From the NCBI GenBank assembly GCA_050230475.1, contig JBFLGF010000069.1, positions 1 to 64,000 on the forward strand: DNA of 64,000 nt, given 5' to 3'. Under the pieces are notes generated by a model. The model ran no database searches, was not told the DNA's origin, and saw nothing but the letters and a program-made list of their open reading frames with translations. Of this stretch, positions 11,831 to 22,278 are shown in pieces. The translations under genes were made by a program, and so were the position numbers. Each line of letters starts with the position of its first letter. Position 1 is the stretch's first letter. The stretch is from Ancylonema sp. Taxonomy: Eukaryota.

Positions 11831-12882
11831 AGTCTACCTATGGCAAGGCGTTGCCGTTGGTCTGACGTAGAGTGTTCAAAGCTTATGAAAGGTATGAGAT
11901 TGCGATATGCGATCACACAAGATCTGAAATGAATTCACACAATCGCGAAAATGCCAGCCGAAGCCGAACACAAAATTGGATGGAAAATGGTATTGAATTC
12001 CTCAGAGGTTCCCAGGAGTGATAAGACCAATTAAAGGTCGAATCACTCCTGTTACAGACTTTATAGAACTCAGCTCAGCAATCTATGCTAGTTACAAGGA
12101 AGCTACAATTTCTGCCGTATCGACTTACGGCGCCGGCTCGGCGGTTTTAGCTAGCCGACTTACTAGTTGATCCAATTGTAAACTAGCACGCTAGGACAGA
12201 TGGTGCAACATGCTTTACTCGAGCTGAGAAGATGTTAAACCAAAATACTGCAGTAGTGTCTCGTATGCGCACAGCTACTGACCAGTATCCGCATAAGTCA
12301 CAAAATGGCGATCCACGCCTTGTACGTGTCGCCTTCCCGCAACTAAGATAACATGCCAACTTACGGCGCCTTTAACGCGGTGTGAATATTGCTAGGCGTT
12401 GACGGAGGAAACTGTACGCTGAATTGCCAGTGGCCTGGTAACGCAGCTGTCGGTACAGTCCGTCCTTGGTGCCGCCAAATGTGCCGTAGGAGGTGGCGGA
12501 ACAACTATACCATTCGGTCTAACTAACTAAGGCCTTAGATCCCTTTCACTTGACCAAGGACAAATCCGTCCGAGGGACACGTGTTATTACTTCGAACATT
12601 TCGATAAATAACCACGCGCATTCCGACTTTCAAATATAGTCGTAAATATCCGTACCCGTGCCATGTCATCGAATAGACACCTTCGCCATATTCGCACTTC
12701 TACCTTATAAGCGTTCACTCGCGTTATAAGTAGTTCTGAGCATATAATCACACTTCACCGTTCAGGCGTATTTACTCTATAGGTACTCTCACGTATAGGC
12801 ACACTTTTCGAGAAAAGACACATTCTCCACTCTATAGGCGCTTCTCACCATATAAGCGTTAATCTTCGTTATGAAGGCACAC
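11831..12882 (-). repeat. 5' LTR segment X of the Gypsy element, with TATAAA at 12065-12060
   Basis: Homologous to 1655-2692 and 2945-3978 with small indels; lacks the 228-bp Y segment, which lies at 4000-4227. Confidence 0.9.
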
Positions 12883-15028
12883 CTAGACACTAAGCAACCT
12901 TGTTTCGAATGCACGATGCAGTTGAGATTGCCTCCACCCAAAACCCCCATCCTAAGCCAGCACCTACCAACATTGATCTTGCCTTGTCTTGCAGCGTACG
13001 ATTCATTCGCACCGCAATCCCATTGCTTTGAGGTGAACGTGCTGAGATAGTTTGATGAAGAATGCCATGCTCCCTAAACCGAGTCTCAAGTGCTGTATCG
13101 ATATATTCTCCTCCTTTGTCTGACCTGATTTTCTTGACCCTCCTTCCAGTCTGATTTTCGTTTACTGTGATCCACTCCTTGAGAGCAACCTTAGTGTCGC
13201 TCTTCTGTCGAAGTGGCACCGTCTAGGACTTCCGACTGAAATCATCGATGATCACCAAGTTGTGCTGGCTGCCTCCTCCTCCCATTGCCTTTGGGTTAAA
13301 AGGGCCAACGATATCCGTATGAGCTAGCTCAAGAGGCTCCTTCGCCTTGTACTCCTGAATTTTCCTTGGATGTGATTTCTCGCTGGACTTTCCAACTTAT
13401 AACTTTGGCACATTCCGAAGTCCCCTCTGATCCCCTCCTCCAATCCCCCGACCAGTTGCTCTTGCAGTAATCTCTCCATTCCCCCCTAAGATGTGTGCCC
13501 AAGCCTTCTGTGAAGCAATTCCATGCTTATCCATTTTCCTCCAAGTGCCTCTCCCTCCATTTCCTCAAGTCCATGGAGCCCCTCGCAGATAAAGGTAGGT
13601 CTCGCTTTCAACGATTCTCTCATTTTAGCTATTTGCTCTCCTTCTTTGTTCAAGACGGGACTCTCTTTCCCAGGCTAAGGCTCCCCTTTGAAAGAAAAAC
13701 TTCAAGCACCCTTGTCCCGGATTCGCTAAAGCGAGAAGATATTCACCTTCATCCCTCGCAGAAACAACACCTCATGAAGCTCTAGTACACCTCTCACTCC
13801 ATTCCCCTTGTCAGTGGACAGGCGCACTACTCCCCATTTAGTTATGACCACCTTTCCTTTAATCTGCTTGTTATGGAATGTTGATGGAATGTCTTCGAGG
13901 AAGTCAAACATATTTATGCCACCCGACATGTGATAGTCAGCTCCGACCCACTCCCTCTCTTCTCCATCACCATCTCCTATGCCCATGTTGATCTCCCCAA
14001 TCAGCACCTTTGCATGTCCCTAATCTTCCCCATCTGTCCCCTTCCCAAATATTTCATGGCCACCTAGGCCTCTCCTTGCGCTACAAGCACCTCGACCCCT
14101 TGTTCTTGTACCACCGGATTTTCCTCCCCTTGCAGCTCCATTTGCCTTGTTGTAATATGTTAACTCAATGTGTCCTACTCCTCCACACCATGTACAGACG
14201 CTATCCTTCTTTGGGCACTCTCTGCTCTAATGGTCCGACTCACCACATCTGAAACAATTTGTTGATTTCCCTTCACTTCCTCCACCGCTTCGACCGCTGA
14301 GATTTCCCCTTCCTCCCCCCCTAAAGCTCCCTCGACCCCTCGTAGGCTGATAATAGATTTCTATCGCCATTGCCGACGCTCCAGATTGCAGCGCCCACCT
14401 CTTCTTTGTAGACTCTATATCATACATTCGATCCCAGATGTAGTCTATGGGTGGAGCTGGAGTTTGCGCGAAGTACGACTCACAGAGTATATCATACTTC
14501 TCTGGTAGAGCACCAAGGCGTGTCTGCAGCCGATTATTTGCTCTTATCATACCACCCTGTACTGTCACCTTGCGTGAGAGCTCATTGTACCTCTGCTTGA
14601 TAGTAAGATAAGACTCATCACCACTGATTGTGAAGAAAAGAAACTCTGTGCGCGCTGATGATCGCTGCGCGGGTGTCACTGTATTGTAGTCTGCTCCAAA
14701 TTGTGCCTACATGAGGACAAGGTTGTTACCATGAACATCGAGACACATGACAAAACTGTCGTCTACCGTCTGAGTGATAAGTGACGCGGCCTTCTTGGCC
14801 CAATCCTTGATTTCCACGTGTCTTTTCTCAACCTCCGCAATATTGACCGGAACGTTTTCAGCATCTTGAACTTTTGCGATTTCAAAAGGCTCCATCTCTG
14901 TACCGTTTAATATTTCCAAACAGTCCTCTGCATCCACGATTGCCGTGAGTTTTGTTCTCCACGGAGCGTAAGACAATGCGTCCTTCAACACCATCTTTTT
15001 TACATACTCTGAGGATCCGGAGCTAGAG

Positions 15029-15445
15029 GCTCTGATACCACTTGTGGACGCCATGTTGACGTATACTCTTGACTTAACTCTTAACTCACTCAGAACTCAA
15101 ATAGTGCTCAATGAATATTAACACATACACATACTCAATTGCGCATTCACATACATTTTAAACTCATACACATTGTGCACGATACATAGACAAAGCTTCT
15201 TTCATGAACAACAAGTGAAAACAAATGCTGGAGAAGGATTGTCACTATAGTGGTTTGGTTAGCGAATCTCGATCCGCTAGCCAAAAGTATGACCTTGGAA
15301 CACGCAACCGAGTCCAAACATTCATAAACGACTTACGACCCTAGATACATCAAACGATCAATCTAAACTCGGTCATACACAATCTTCATAAATACGCACG
15401 CACGCGCCAAGCTAGACTACGCCGTCGCCACGTTGTCACTAACAC
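15029..15445 (-). repeat. Copia tRNA-iMet PBS (TGGTATCAGAGC, 15040-15029) and truncated 5' LTR (15043-15445)
   Basis: Canonical plant PBS 2 nt after the LTR CA; LTR homologous to 59389-59792. Confidence 0.85.
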
Positions 15446-17491
15446 AAAGGCTATCAAAAGCCTCGCCTAATTTTGAAAGACGGGAATTATCGACACTAGA
15501 GTACAATCATCGAACAAGTGCCTCGAAAGAAAAAGGTTTGGGTCCACGTGCAAGGTACGGTGGCACCACCCGGACCAATTTTGCAACTTGGCGCTTGCGC
15601 TTCGCCAGCAGTCCCCGCAGTACCCGAGATCGTCGCCGCGATGGGCGTAGCCGCAGTTCTCGCCGTACCCGCCGTACCAACAAACGCTGGCGTTACAAAG
15701 GCGCAGGTCGACGCTTCTCGCGTGGCCCACGATCAACACGCCGTGAACGAGGCGAAGGCCGACTCCATGATCCTTCTCACGCTCAATCCGAAGGACCCAA
15801 TGACCCTGATTGCGTATATCACGGCAGCGAAAAAGTGGACAAAGCTTGCCGCTGATCACGTGTCAATTACAGCGTCGAAGGGAATCAATGCTACTCAAAA
15901 AATTCAGTCGTTTGTATTTATTGTAGGAGAAACAGTCTACTAGAGCAGGCAACGCTTCGACGGCCTAGTCACCGAATGCGCGCTTCAGGGTATCGTCCTG
16001 TCCGAGATGTTGAAAACCACGGTGCTTCTTACGCACCCAACTGAGAGGTGGAAGACCTTCATTGACTCCATCTCCTTTCAGGGTCCTCTCCCGACAACAA
16101 CAATAATATTTCACCACATGATCATCCTTTCATAAAAGAGGGAGGCCCGAGACGAGAAGGAACACACTAAAGCGAATTTCGCGGACTACAAGCGACGGAC
16201 GCGTCATCCATCGACAGGTGGCCAGAGACGAGTTCAGAGCCGGAATGAGGTTCAGCATTAGCAGCCAAGGCGAGAGGTTCTTCAACCAGGGTCTGCAAAT
16301 CCCTGCTTTTGTTGCGGAAGTTTCCTGCACCTTTTCGCGACGTGCCCTAAGAAAGATCTGAGTTGCAATGTTTGCGACAAGAAGGGGCCAGGTGTAAGCT
16401 ACGACGAACAAGGCAATAGTTGATCAGCCTTCAACTTCCGTGGGCAAGCCAAAGAAAATTGAGTTCGCGGGGGACCTAAAAAGGCATCTGCTCTGAAAAA
16501 GGCTATGGCCGCGGAAATCATCGAAGTAGAGGCTGGCAAAATTTGCAATGTTTCAAGCAATGAGTGGTTGGCTGATAGTGGTGCGAGTAGGCAAATTTGC
16601 AACGATGTACGCATGCTATGGGATGTGAGGCAGCTTCCAGTACCCATCATAGTCGGGCACCTAGCGGATGAAGTCCCGATTACGCAAAGTGGGACTGTAA
16701 AAATTCAGTGTGAGAATGAAACAGGAGAGGTGGTGCAAATTGATCTTCACGATGCTTTGTTTGTGCCTAACTTTCGTGTTAATTTATTCAGCATGCAAAG
16801 AATGAGGCAGGCACGCGTCCGATCAAAGATAGTAGGTAGTAAGTACCCATCAAAGATAGGGACAATTTGGATGATAAATAGTTTAGGCAATTACATAGGT
16901 AGTCTTGATGAAAGCTATCTAGGCAGGCCCACTTTGAATTGTCGCACCCTACTCTGTGACGTGGCTGCCTACACCTTTTTCCCTCCTACTCTGGATCCAG
17001 ACCCACGTACGACTGAAGTCGTCGCGGAGCAGGCTGTTGCAGCTGCTAACGTCACAGGGGACTTGTGAGCAACCGCCCCTGCTCCCTCTGTTACGGCACA
17101 TTCTACCGCAACCGAGGCCGCTTCAGAGACACCTTGGAAAAATCTGCCCTGCAATTCAACTTGATCTCCTACACCGACGCACAGGCCACTCTGCTCTATG
17201 TACACTGTTGCAGCTAAGAGGCGAAGGCCTGGTTCGACCTCTCGACTCTGGCTCTGAACTCGTCTCTGGCCACCTGTCGATGGCTGACGCGTCCGTCGCT
17301 TGTAGTCCGCAAAATTTGCCACAGTGTGTTCCTTCTCGTCTCGGGCCTCCCACTTTTATGAAAGGATGATCATTTGGTGAAATATTATTGTTGTCGTCGG
17401 GAGAGGGACCCTGAAAGGAGATGGAGTCAATGAAGGTCTTCCACCTCTTAGTAGGGTGCGTAAGAAGCACCGTGGTTTTCAACATCTCGGA
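15446..17491 (+). mobile_element. Second Copia family fragment (gag, protease, GAG-pre-integrase start) with an inverted duplication of part of gag
   Basis: Degenerate gag; WLADSGASRQIC protease (~16565); LFVPNFRVNLFS; LDLLHRRTGH (~17160); 17250-17491 is the reverse complement of 16001-16241. Confidence 0.8.
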
Positions 17492-17521
17492 TGTGAGATA
17501 TAAGTGCTGCAACAATCTTGT
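17492..17521 (+). mobile_element. First 30 bp of another LTR of the 54738-60064 Copia family, cut by the N at 17522
   Basis: TGTGAGATATAAGTGCTGCAACAATCTTGT is the exact reverse complement of 60035-60064. Confidence 0.8.
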
Positions 17522-17825
17522 NACCCCCCCCCCCCCCCCCCCCAAAACCCATCATATTTTCCAGGTTTTGACAATTTCACACGCCGGCTCCGCCACTCTG
17601 TCGGAATCTGTCCATAAAAACCTTCCACCCACGTGTAACAATCATACCCATCCCATCCCATCCCATCCCATCTTATCCCGTCCAGCCCGTGGCTGGCCTG
17701 CCACCATCAGTTAAGTATGCATCCCTCCTCTCTCGAGGCAGCCGTGTTTGGACTGTGGCTCTCATTGACTGCCCCCCCACTAGATGGAGGTCCAGGTTCG
17801 GGATCAGGTCTAGGTTCAGACGTAC

Positions 17826-19723
17826 CTGCTGCAGGTTCACCCCGCGGTCCAGAGCCCTCTGAATGAGCCCAAAAGCGGAATCGAACGAAATGGCATTCAG
17901 ACTCCGCTTCTCCCTGCGCACCCACCCACCCACAGCGCGCACAGGCTGGCAGTGCTGGTATAACCGACCCACAACTTCTCACGTTCGTTATAAGTGGGGC
18001 ATGGGCCAGCTATGCTCACCCACCCCTCGGTAGAGCGATCCGATGACAGCTGCCACGTGTGTGATACGTTATGACTTACTTGTTCTATTTCGAAGCAGTT
18101 CTAGAGACCTGAAGTTGCCAATCAGAAGAGAGGGGTTCTCCATCCTCTGAAATTTATGTGAATTACGACAGCGGCCCCTCCCCACATCGCATTCCTCAAA
18201 TTTAACTGCACCGAAATCAGCCACCCCGCAGTCCTCCTCCCCCCCCCCACTACCAACCTCTCCATACCCTCCCCTCACTTCTCACCTACCCCTCTCAAAG
18301 ACACTGCAGTTATGAACCGACTGACCAATCACGTTCCAATTAGGACTGTCGTGTTCCACCGGTGGCTAAGATTGTTAGGTGTTGCCTAACAAATCAAGTG
18401 CAGAAAACAGTTTTTTTAGGGTTGTTATAGTGGAACAAACTTGTGTTGTCAGTAGAGACGGAATCCGCAATTTTTAGCCACTTATCAAGTAAGTGGGGTT
18501 ATAAGCCTCACATTCTGAGCATGGACGCCGAAATCGCCTCGGGGGAGATGACATCCACAGCCCATCCCATGAGGGGGTCGGACACAATGGCAGCGTACAG
18601 CTGCTCACGCTTTGCTTCGCTCAGAGTCTTCGAATCTGATTCGGAAGGGGTAAGGGGTAAGAGGTAAGGGGTAAGGGGTAAGAGGTGAGATTCAATGTCG
18701 ATAGTCTATGCTATTGTTTTTTATTCTCATTGTTACTGTCAATTATTTTTATTATTATTGTTACTACTGCTATACTTTTTGTTATTATTATTATTGTTAT
18801 TATTATTGTTGTTATTATTTCTACCATTTAGATTGTATGGGATTACAATTTCTGTCAATGATAGCAAATATTGTATTTATTGCTATCATTGCTATTGTTA
18901 TGACCACCATTATCATTATCATTATCATAACTATACTGATTCTCTTATTTGTATCATTCTTGTGAATTTTATTACCATTACATTCGTCTTCATCATCACG
19001 ACTATTCTGAATATTATTGTCATCTTAATAACAATTGTCACGAACATTTTTAGTGCACCGACAAATGTTTAGTATCATTCCTATGATGGTCGTTATGATG
19101 GGACCGACATTATTGTTGTCCGGCCTTCAAAACCGACATCCGGCCTCCCGATCTGGAGTGCTAGATGGGACCCACACCGCTGATCTGAGGCACCCCCTTT
19201 ATACCGACCAAGTGAGTGTGTTTTCACCTGCGAATTCAAGAGTGCCGATTCTCTTTTTCTGGGAGATGGGACAATATGCGCATCCGTACACCATGGGGCC
19301 TGCGCAGGGAGACACGGGGCTGGGCATCCTCAGAAGCTTCCTCGCCACCTCATGCATCGCAGTGCTTGACAGGATTCACCCAGAAAGGGTCAAAACATAA
19401 ATGTAATGGGTAGAGGGGGATAAGGAGGGGTAAGGAAGCGAAGGAGTTCGTGACACTGGGGTTATCAGGAAGTCAACGCAGGTGCGCGTGGCAAAACGAG
19501 TTGCAGGACGAAAAGATCCGCCTAGAGTCATGCAAGCATCTGGCGAGATACTGGTTCTCGTTTCACACAGCAGGGTGACACATTTGAAATCAGACGGCCA
19601 CATTGGCAGAATCTGAGTCGAATACGTACCCAAGACCGGGCCTCTACCAGCCTCGTCTATCCCGAGCATGCAGGGCTCTTCGAACCAATCGCGGTTCGGA
19701 GGAGGCACCATTGCTAACGCCAT
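17826..19723 (-). CDS. RNASEH2A: Ribonuclease H2 subunit A, first four exons (19723-19630, 19299-19228, 18635-18512, 17913-17826); 3' part not found
   Basis: LGIDEAGRGPVLG/PMVYGCAYCP/DSKTL...GWAVDVISP/SLNAISFDSAFGLI; GT-AG junctions in phase. Confidence 0.92.
18700..19100. repeat. Degenerate ATT/ATC triplet low-complexity tract in an RNase H2A intron
   Basis: Visible TAT/TGT/CAT repeats that generate spurious ORFs. Confidence 0.85.
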
Positions 19724-19871
19724 GATCTGGATTTGACTTCCGCACTTTGTAGAGTCGGAAGCTCAGATTCTTGGTCGCGAGGAAGTGAAGAGATAGATTA
19801 AACGAAACAGTCGCACTGGTGCCGGAGAAGGGACCCTCCACCACCGAATACCGACTTGCGGTGTAGCATCT

Positions 19872-20119
19872 TTTCGCGCACAACCTCGTGCAGTGACCGC
19901 AGAGGCACGTTTCCAGGTGCGTATGTTGACAATTACGTCAAACCGCCGCCCGTAATTGTTGTCCTCGACATGCACACAGTGCAAGTCACCCAAGACGTCG
20001 CGTTACGGGCGCAGGTCTTCCCTGACAGTCAAGTGAATGATGCCTTGCATAGGATTCCATAATAGCAAAAACCATTCCCGGCTGTGGCAACGCACGTCAC
20101 GGATGTCAGCATTTGGCGC
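19872..20119. promoter_or_regulatory. Two E2F-consensus sites upstream of RNase H2A
   Basis: TTTCGCGC at 19872-19879 and TTTGGCGC at 20112-20119 match TTTSSCGC. Confidence 0.4.
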
Positions 20120-20420
20120 CAATTTTTTTGGGCCATGACGGGGATGTATTCGTCCATCCAACCCTTTTCATATCCACAATGGGACGGCTGGTCAGGGATG
20201 TATGGGGATGGACACGTGTTCGGGTGGAAATACTTCGGCCATCCCGGCTTGATACAAATGGTCGCATCCCGATTGGTAGGACATTAGACCAGCATCTCCG
20301 TCTCCAATGTTGCTCCTGTCGGTCCATATGTATAGTAGTTATTACGGGTATTACATGCCGTAGAGAGTTACGGGAAACCCGCCAGATCACAACGGTGGAT
20401 GACTTCGCACGTGTGCGCAC

Positions 20421-21077
20421 TTGTCATTAAAGCCGACATTATTGCTAATGCATCACTAGCCAAGTATTCCTGTTGCTACGTCATACATGTTGCTACTTCA
20501 GCTAGATGCAATGTACAGCCGACACAGATCGTCTCCTAACGTACAGCTACATTGCTGGCTTCCGCCATTGATCGCTTGAAATACAAAAAGGACAGAATGT
20601 ACCTATCATTACTTTGCCTCTATTGTAATGTCTATTTCTAGACACCTAAGCTTCCAACGTGGATGTCTACGTTATGGTGCAATGTATGTATTTCTTTATC
20701 TGCTTAGTAACGTGCGACCTGCAAGCTTGGCGGCAGGTCCTAACGAATATGGTATCGTGAATGACGGAGCAGTCATAACGTTCACTACTAACTAAGGCCT
20801 TCGGTCGTTAAATGAAGCTAATGATGAGAAATACGTTTGTCAGGACATGTGTCCTTAGAACCGTCTTCGTGAAGAACCCACACATGTGCCAAACATGGCT
20901 AAAGACAGATAATGACGCATCGGACTAATTCTATCGTATATACACCTTTTAGTGTTATAGGCGCATTTCAATGTATTAGAACATTTCACTACATTAGCAT
21001 ATTCGCCGAATCAGGCCTATTAACTCGTTAAGCACAGTATATCACCATATAAGCACACGAGTGGTAATTGTCCGACA
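20421..21077. mobile_element. Diverged relative of the Gypsy LTR unit, ending exactly at TTGTCCGACA
   Basis: Colinear motifs CTAACTAAGGCCTT (20788), GGACAYGTGT, TCAGGC-TATT-ACTC, TCACCATATAAGC and ATTGTCCGACA; left boundary tentative. Confidence 0.6.
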
Positions 21078-21576
21078 TGCACAAAATCGACCTTTTTCCC
21101 GCCTTCAACGCAGTGTTCTCGCGCCGATAACCAAGACGATTCGCCGGGGTAAAGTTGGAACACGCCCTTTAGCGCCTAAAACGATTGTGTACCGCTATCG
21201 AGTGGGCCTGTAATGAGCTTTCACTGGTGGCAAGTTATGGCCGAGTTGGATACACGAGTAAAGTTGCGGCGACTCGCCCAAGTCGCAACGAGTTGGCATC
21301 GCAGACGCGAGTCAAGCAATACACATTGACAGGACAAGCATGCCGTGTGTATGACGACCTATATGAATCTATCATTTAATGCCTCAATGGCTATCGGAAG
21401 GTCATTGTGGACATAGATGAACATCCTAATCTGTAATTTAATGCCCCAATGAAATCTAAAATATTGGAAGGTCAAGGTGGACATAGATAAATATCCGACG
21501 GTCTTCCTTCATGATTGAGCCCGAATTAATTTATTTGAACAATGTCGGGGTGTTATATTTCTGCTCATGGATCGTC

Positions 21577-21870
21577 CTGCTCGGAGATCCCAATTCTCAG
21601 TGGTCGTTCGTTGCATCCAAACCGTGAATTTGTCGTTCCTAAAACAGCACAGGCGTTGAAGTTCGTTTTTGTCGTGAAGTGGCTGTTCGCTGCAAGTTGT
21701 CCTCGGTCATCTTAATTCAACCGAACTGCTCGGAGATCCCAATTCTCAGTGGTCGTTAGTTGCGTCCAAACCGTGAATTTGTCGTTCCTAAAACAGCACA
21801 GGCGTTGAAGTTCATTTTTGTCGTGAAGGGGCTGTTCGCTGCAAGTAGTCCCGGTCATCTTAATACAACC
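21577..21870. repeat. Tandem duplication, ~149-bp unit x2
   Basis: CTGCTCGGAGATCCCAATTCTCAG... begins at 21577 and 21726. Confidence 0.9.
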
Positions 21871-22278
21871 CACCGTTTGCGTACGGTACGGGTAGAGGAA
21901 CTGGATATGGAACTATTTGTATTCCACGTCAAGGACGTTTAGCCAATCATATCATTCTATTTACTGCCCGATGCGTCGATGGACTTTGGCATCCTCGCTG
22001 CCCGTCCAGATGATTCAACTCTTTAGCTTTTGCATCAAAGATTCTCGCTTCCGACAAAACAAATTCGGTAGCATTCTAGCCTTACACCTTCCATACCACC
22101 GAAATCCACCCGGGTGTTCCATTGCGAAGAGCCTCCTGAATAGCTGCCAACGAGCACGTCCGATACTCCTCTCGTAGTGAAAATCCTTCTCGGAGTTGTG
22201 AAAGTTCAGGGTATCCAGTTTCATCGTCGTCCTTACATTCACTGCGGCAGTAGTGTAGCTCTCTTTGGGGTAAGCAAG

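Larger units (their letters stand above)
1427..12900 (-). mobile_element. Ty3/Gypsy LTR retrotransposon carrying a C5 DNA methyltransferase and a PHD finger, with permuted tandem LTRs
   Basis: Domain order gag-PR-DNMT-RT-RH-IN-PHD. TGTTT at 1422-1426 and 12901-12905; removing the insert restores host Copia integrase ASCIRNRGPV (ASYIRNRGPV in the relative at about 57240). Confidence 0.9.
1..15445 (-). mobile_element. Ty1/Copia LTR retrotransposon (host element), degenerate, interrupted by a solo LTR (504-916) and a Gypsy element (1427-12900); runs off the left edge
   Basis: Gag (MASTSGIRA...APWRTKLTAI, 15054-14227; zinc knuckle CFRCGESDH), degenerate protease (EWVGADYH), integrase (IRSDKGGEY...PQSNGIAVRMNRTL, 13219-12901, continuing RGPV...HLRAYGSKA at 1426-1324), RT start (WLEAMNSEMNGLKENGVYELVDR, then QMDVTTAFL near base 25-50). 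Colinear with the relative at 54738-60064. Confidence 0.93.

Noticed and set aside
18648..18685. Telomere-like (GGGGTAA)n, also TTTGGGG at ~51270 and TTTAGGG at ~49600
   Set aside because: Short, degenerate and intronic; not a telomere array.
18695..19072. Leu/Tyr-rich ORFs here, and Met/Tyr/His/Cys-rich ORFs at 31131-31736 and 48572-49043
   Set aside because: Translations of intronic microsatellites.
21206..21335. Possible MITE with GGCCTGTAATG...CATTGACAGGAC ends
   Set aside because: Inverted repeat is imperfect and no TSD is visible.
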